Source: an uncultured Bacteroidales bacterium
GTDB lineage: Bacteria; Bacteroidota; Bacteroidia; Bacteroidales; ML635J-15
DNA: 64,000 nucleotides
Direction: 5' to 3'
Assembly (NCBI GenBank): GCA_905234755.1
Contig: CAJOIT010000003.1
Span: 895,139-959,138, forward strand
Shown here: positions 62,343 through 64,000 of the stretch, piece after piece
How positions within the stretch are numbered: position 1 is the first letter of the stretch
Layout of the letters: each line of letters opens with the position of its first letter
Notes under the pieces: generated by a model
Told to the model about the DNA's origin: nothing
Seen by the model: only the letters and a program-made list of their open reading frames with translations
Database searches by the model: none
Translations under genes and position numbers: made by a program

Positions 62343-63317
62343 CTACAATACTTCCCAGTGTCCGCCTTTTGCACCGCCTACTCGCGCAATTATTCCTTCT
62401 GCTCGTAGCTGGCGAATATTCTTCTTAACTCCACTTTCCGACAATCCAGTAATGTCTTGCAAATCACGGATGGTGACAGATGGATTCTGTCGCATTGCTT
62501 CAACAATTTTCTGGTTACTTTTCTGGTTACCTTTCTGGTTACTTTCTTGCATTTCAATCAAAGCCAACTTCAGACATTGAAGCATAAAAGTAATAAATGG
62601 TGTGCTAGACGCTATGCTATCGCTTTTAGCAATTGCCGAATAATATTCTTGCTGATGCTCCTTGACTATAGTTTCAACAGGTATCCACGCAAAAATAGGA
62701 TTCCATTGCATCAGCAACAGAGTCTGCCACATACGCCCCATTCGTCCATTACCATCGGCAAAAGGATGAATAAACTCAAACACATAGTGAAAAACACACG
62801 AACTAATAAGCGGATGTACCTTTGTCTGCTTTACCCAACCGAACAAATCGGACATGAGCATAGGCACGCGCTGGGCAGGTGGCGCCATGTGAATGCACTT
62901 CTGTCCATCGAATACACCCACACCACCCTGACGATAACGACCATTTTCATTCACCAAGTCCGTCATCATTAACTTGTGCGCCCTCAGCAAATCTTTCTCC
63001 TTATATGGATTCAACTCCAACAACAATTCGTATGCATCTATAGCGTTCTTAACCTCCTGAATCTCGTTAGGAGCACCAAGCACCCGCTTTCCTTCAATAA
63101 TGGCAGTAACCTGCTCCAACGACAACGAATTGTTCTCTATAGCCAACGATGACTGAATAGTTTTTATTCGATTCTTTTTCCGCAACTGCGGTGTTGGCAA
63201 ATGCTCTGCTGTCGCAGTAAGATGACCTACCATCTCTGCAATTTCTGCAACTATTGTCGTCATTTCCGCACTCACCGTAAACGGCGGAATATATGTCGGT
63301 TCCAGCTTCTTTGCCAT
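62343..63317 (-). CDS. Fic family protein with C-terminal wHTH
   Basis: SSLAIEN, HPFADGNGRMGR, SNQKGNQKSNQK linker, GGHWEV. Confidence 0.92.
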   Translation of the reverse strand: MAKKLEPTYIPPFTVSAEMTTIVAEIAEMVGHLTATAEHLPTPQLRKKNRIKTIQSSLAIENNSLSLEQVTAIIEGKRVLGAPNEIQEVKNAIDAYELLLELNPYKEKDLLRAHKLMMTDLVNENGRYRQGGVGVFDGQKCIHMAPPAQRVPMLMSDLFGWVKQTKVHPLISSCVFHYVFEFIHPFADGNGRMGRMWQTLLLMQWNPIFAWIPVETIVKEHQQEYYSAIAKSDSIASSTPFITFMLQCLKLALIEMQESNQKGNQKSNQKIVEAMRQNPSVTIRDLQDITGLSESGVKKNIRQLRAEGIIARVGGAKGGHWEVL

Positions 63318-63388
63318 ACTATTGTTTCAATCACAAAAATTTGTCAAAGATACATTTTTTTGCACTAATTTCAAAGCAAAATCGCAAT

Positions 63389-64000
63389 TTACATAAACGC
63401 TGCCATATACAAAGGCATATAGGTAATCTTTTCAGTTTTTTCCAAATTAAACTTGCAAAGGACAACACTCCGTTCAATCTTATCAGGATTATTTTTCAAA
63501 GCATTATCAAGCGAAGCATGGCTCTTGTAATTGTTTCCCGACTTTACTTCCAAAATATTCAATGACTTATCTCCTTTTAGCAGAAAATCTAGTTCGTTGC
63601 GACTTTTATGGTCGTAGTAATGAAGCAAATGCCCGTGCTTAGACAATTCTGCGGCAACGAAATTTTCGGTAAGTCCACCTTCGTTAATTGACAAATCACC
63701 TTGCACAACCTGCCATTGCACATTGCCACTCCACATACTGCAAAGCAAGCCAGTATCAAGCATATAGACCTTGAAAAGATTCCTGTTTTCGTATTGTTCG
63801 AAAGGCAAATCAAGCGAATGGGTGTTGTAGCAGAAATATGCCACGCCAGCATCGGCAAGCCACTGCGCCGCATCCTCATACTTCTGCATACTAGCGGTTT
63901 TCTCCAAGTCGGAAAGTATGTAGCGCTTCTTCTCCTTTGCAAGTTGAGACGGTATGGCATCAAAAAAGCGTTTAGCCTTAGTCTTGTTTTCCGCAGCATA
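63389..64000 (-). CDS. AAA ATPase with DUF4143 C-terminus, 3' part only
   Basis: Frame open to window edge: IPSQLAKE, FKVYMLDTGLL, ENFV, ELDF, EVKSG. Confidence 0.88.
   Translation of the reverse strand, partial: YAAENKTKAKRFFDAIPSQLAKEKKRYILSDLEKTASMQKYEDAAQWLADAGVAYFCYNTHSLDLPFEQYENRNLFKVYMLDTGLLCSMWSGNVQWQVVQGDLSINEGGLTENFVAAELSKHGHLLHYYDHKSRNELDFLLKGDKSLNILEVKSGNNYKSHASLDNALKNNPDKIERSVVLCKFNLEKTEKITYMPLYMAAFM

Noticed and set aside
62509-62544. 12-bp repeat as a contingency locus in Fic
   Set aside because: In-frame, three imperfect copies, typical linker before a wHTH
63589-63999. Separate 136-aa ORF or frameshift in the terminal ATPase
   Set aside because: The DUF4143 frame is open continuously to the window edge; this is an alternate-frame shadow

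Overview
Bacteroidales-type chromosomal window (TAnnTTTG -7 promoters, T9SS cargo proteins, gldA, gcvT, obgE, mutL, folB, recX) interleaved with many single-gene accessory inserts. Recognisable modules are a type III R-M locus (left edge), a HaeIII/NgoPII-like type II R-M pair, a 5-alpha-reductase / flavin oxidoreductase / SDR steroid-type cluster, two Fic genes, three AAA ATPase-nuclease genes, duplicated PCMD and cyclophilin genes, and two tandem KAS III-ketoreductase fusions. I saw no rRNA, tRNA, CRISPR array, integrase, transposase or reverse transcriptase. The most unusual non-coding signals: (1) several lone accessory genes bracketed by 30-100 bp direct repeats that copy a neighbouring gene tail, terminator or promoter; (2) paralog-specific tandem palindrome arrays (~51-52 bp period) at the promoters of two ATPase-nuclease genes; (3) a REP-like hairpin holding 1, 2 or 3 covarying mini-hairpin modules; (4) a ~215-nt potentially bistable structured leader before the type III mod gene. 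All calls come from reading motifs by eye; no database searches or folding programs were run.
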